Source of the DNA: an uncultured Eubacteriales bacterium
GTDB lineage: Bacteria > Bacillota > Clostridia > TANB77 > RGIG9151
Assembly (NCBI GenBank): GCA_964640345.1
Contig: CAZXFU010000028.1
Span: forward strand, 1-16,699
Direction: 5' to 3'
DNA: 16,699 nt
Program-made: the position numbers and the translations under genes
Shown: in pieces, positions 16,004 to 16,699 of the stretch
Layout of the letters: every line of letters begins with the position of its first letter
Position numbering within the stretch: position 1 is the first letter of the stretch
Notes under the pieces: model-generated
The model's database searches: none
Told to the model about the DNA's origin: nothing
Seen by the model: only the letters and a program-made list of their open reading frames with translations

Positions 16004-16699
16004 ATGAAACATGGTAAGAAGTATAATGAAAGCGTAAAACTTGTTGACGCTAATAAACTTTATGACGTTGATGAAGCATTTTCATTAGTTGTAAAAACAG
16101 CTAAAGCTAAGTTTGATGAGAGTGTTGAAGCTCATATTAGACTTGGCGTTGATTCAAGACACGCTGATCAACAGGTTAGAGGTGTTGTAGTTCTTCCTAA
16201 CGGAACAGGTAAAACTGTTAAAGTTTTAGTTTTTGCTAAGGGAGATAAAGTAAAAGAAGCAGAAGCTGCCGGTGCAGATTATGTCGGTGGAGAAGAATTA
16301 GTTGCAAAGATTCAAGGCGAAAACTGGTTCGATTTTGACGTTATTATTGCTACACCTGATATGATGGGTGTTGTTGGACGTCTTGGTAAAGTATTGGGAC
16401 CTAAAGGATTAATGCCAAACCCTAAATCAGGAACAGTTACAATGGACGTAACTAAGGCTATTGCTGATATTAAGGCCGGTAAGATTGAGTACAGATTAGA
16501 TAAAACTAATATTATTCACTGTCCTATCGGTAAAGCATCTTTTGGTGAAGAAAAACTTGCTGAAAACTTTAAGACTCTTATGAGTGCTATTGTAAAAGCA
16601 AAACCGTCTTCAGCTAAAGGTCAATACTTAAAGAGTATCAGTGTTTCATCTACAATGGGACCTGGTATTAGAGTAAGCACATCTAAAGTTGCTGAATAA
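16004..16699 (+). CDS. rplA: 50S ribosomal protein L1
   Basis: The sequence carries [24 protein letters not shown] and [33 protein letters not shown] precedes ATG 16004. The TAA stop is the last codon of the window, so the gene is complete. Confidence 0.95.
   Translation: MKHGKKYNESVKLVDANKLYDVDEAFSLVVKTAKAKFDESVEAHIRLGVDSRHADQQVRGVVVLPNGTGKTVKVLVFAKGDKVKEAEAAGADYVGGEELVAKIQGENWFDFDVIIATPDMMGVVGRLGKVLGPKGLMPNPKSGTVTMDVTKAIADIKAGKIEYRLDKTNIIHCPIGKASFGEEKLAENFKTLMSAIVKAKPSSAKGQYLKSISVSSTMGPGIRVSTSKVAE

Noticed and set aside
1-16699. I looked for tRNA, rRNA or tmRNA genes, CRISPR repeat-spacer arrays, IS or transposase, integrase or att sites, and recognisable defence or toxin-antitoxin genes.
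   Set aside because: I saw no regularly spaced direct repeats, no T-loop (GGTTCGAATCC-like) cloverleaf candidates, no recombinase- or nuclease-like ORFs, and no unassigned ORF over 60 aa except the 150-aa orphan. The scan was by eye, so short or degenerate elements could have been missed.

Overview
The window is AT-rich and looks like a chromosomal core region of a low-GC Firmicute (Clostridia-like). 21 of 22 supported genes lie on the + strand. In order, the + strand genes are: the 3' end of a CDF transporter gene, rsmB, a YyaL/DUF255 thioredoxin-domain protein, a small helical hypothetical, an MscS-family channel, a stand-alone PilZ protein, era-yqzL-recO, fabI, a zinc-ribbon membrane protein, a YfcE-type phosphodiesterase, a YebC-family protein, a long U32-family protein, metK and the conserved rpmG-secE-nusG-rplK-rplA cluster. 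Two short genes missing from the ORF track (yqzL, rpmG) were read directly from the sequence. Several ORF-track starts were moved to the ATG that follows a Shine-Dalgarno. I found no tRNA, rRNA, CRISPR array, transposase or integrase, and no recognisable defence or toxin gene. I cannot support a multi-gene novel system here. The only accessory-looking stretch is about 3.75-6.1 kb. It holds a single GC-richer minus-strand orphan gene with its own promoter, structured leader and terminator. It also holds a PilZ gene bracketed by two inverted repeats, one of which is a perfect 32-bp-arm hairpin far longer than a terminator needs. The other findings are low to moderate interest: a compact YyaL variant, metK without a riboswitch leader, a weak leader hairpin plus U-tract ahead of rpmG-secE-nusG, and the rplK-rplA spacer.
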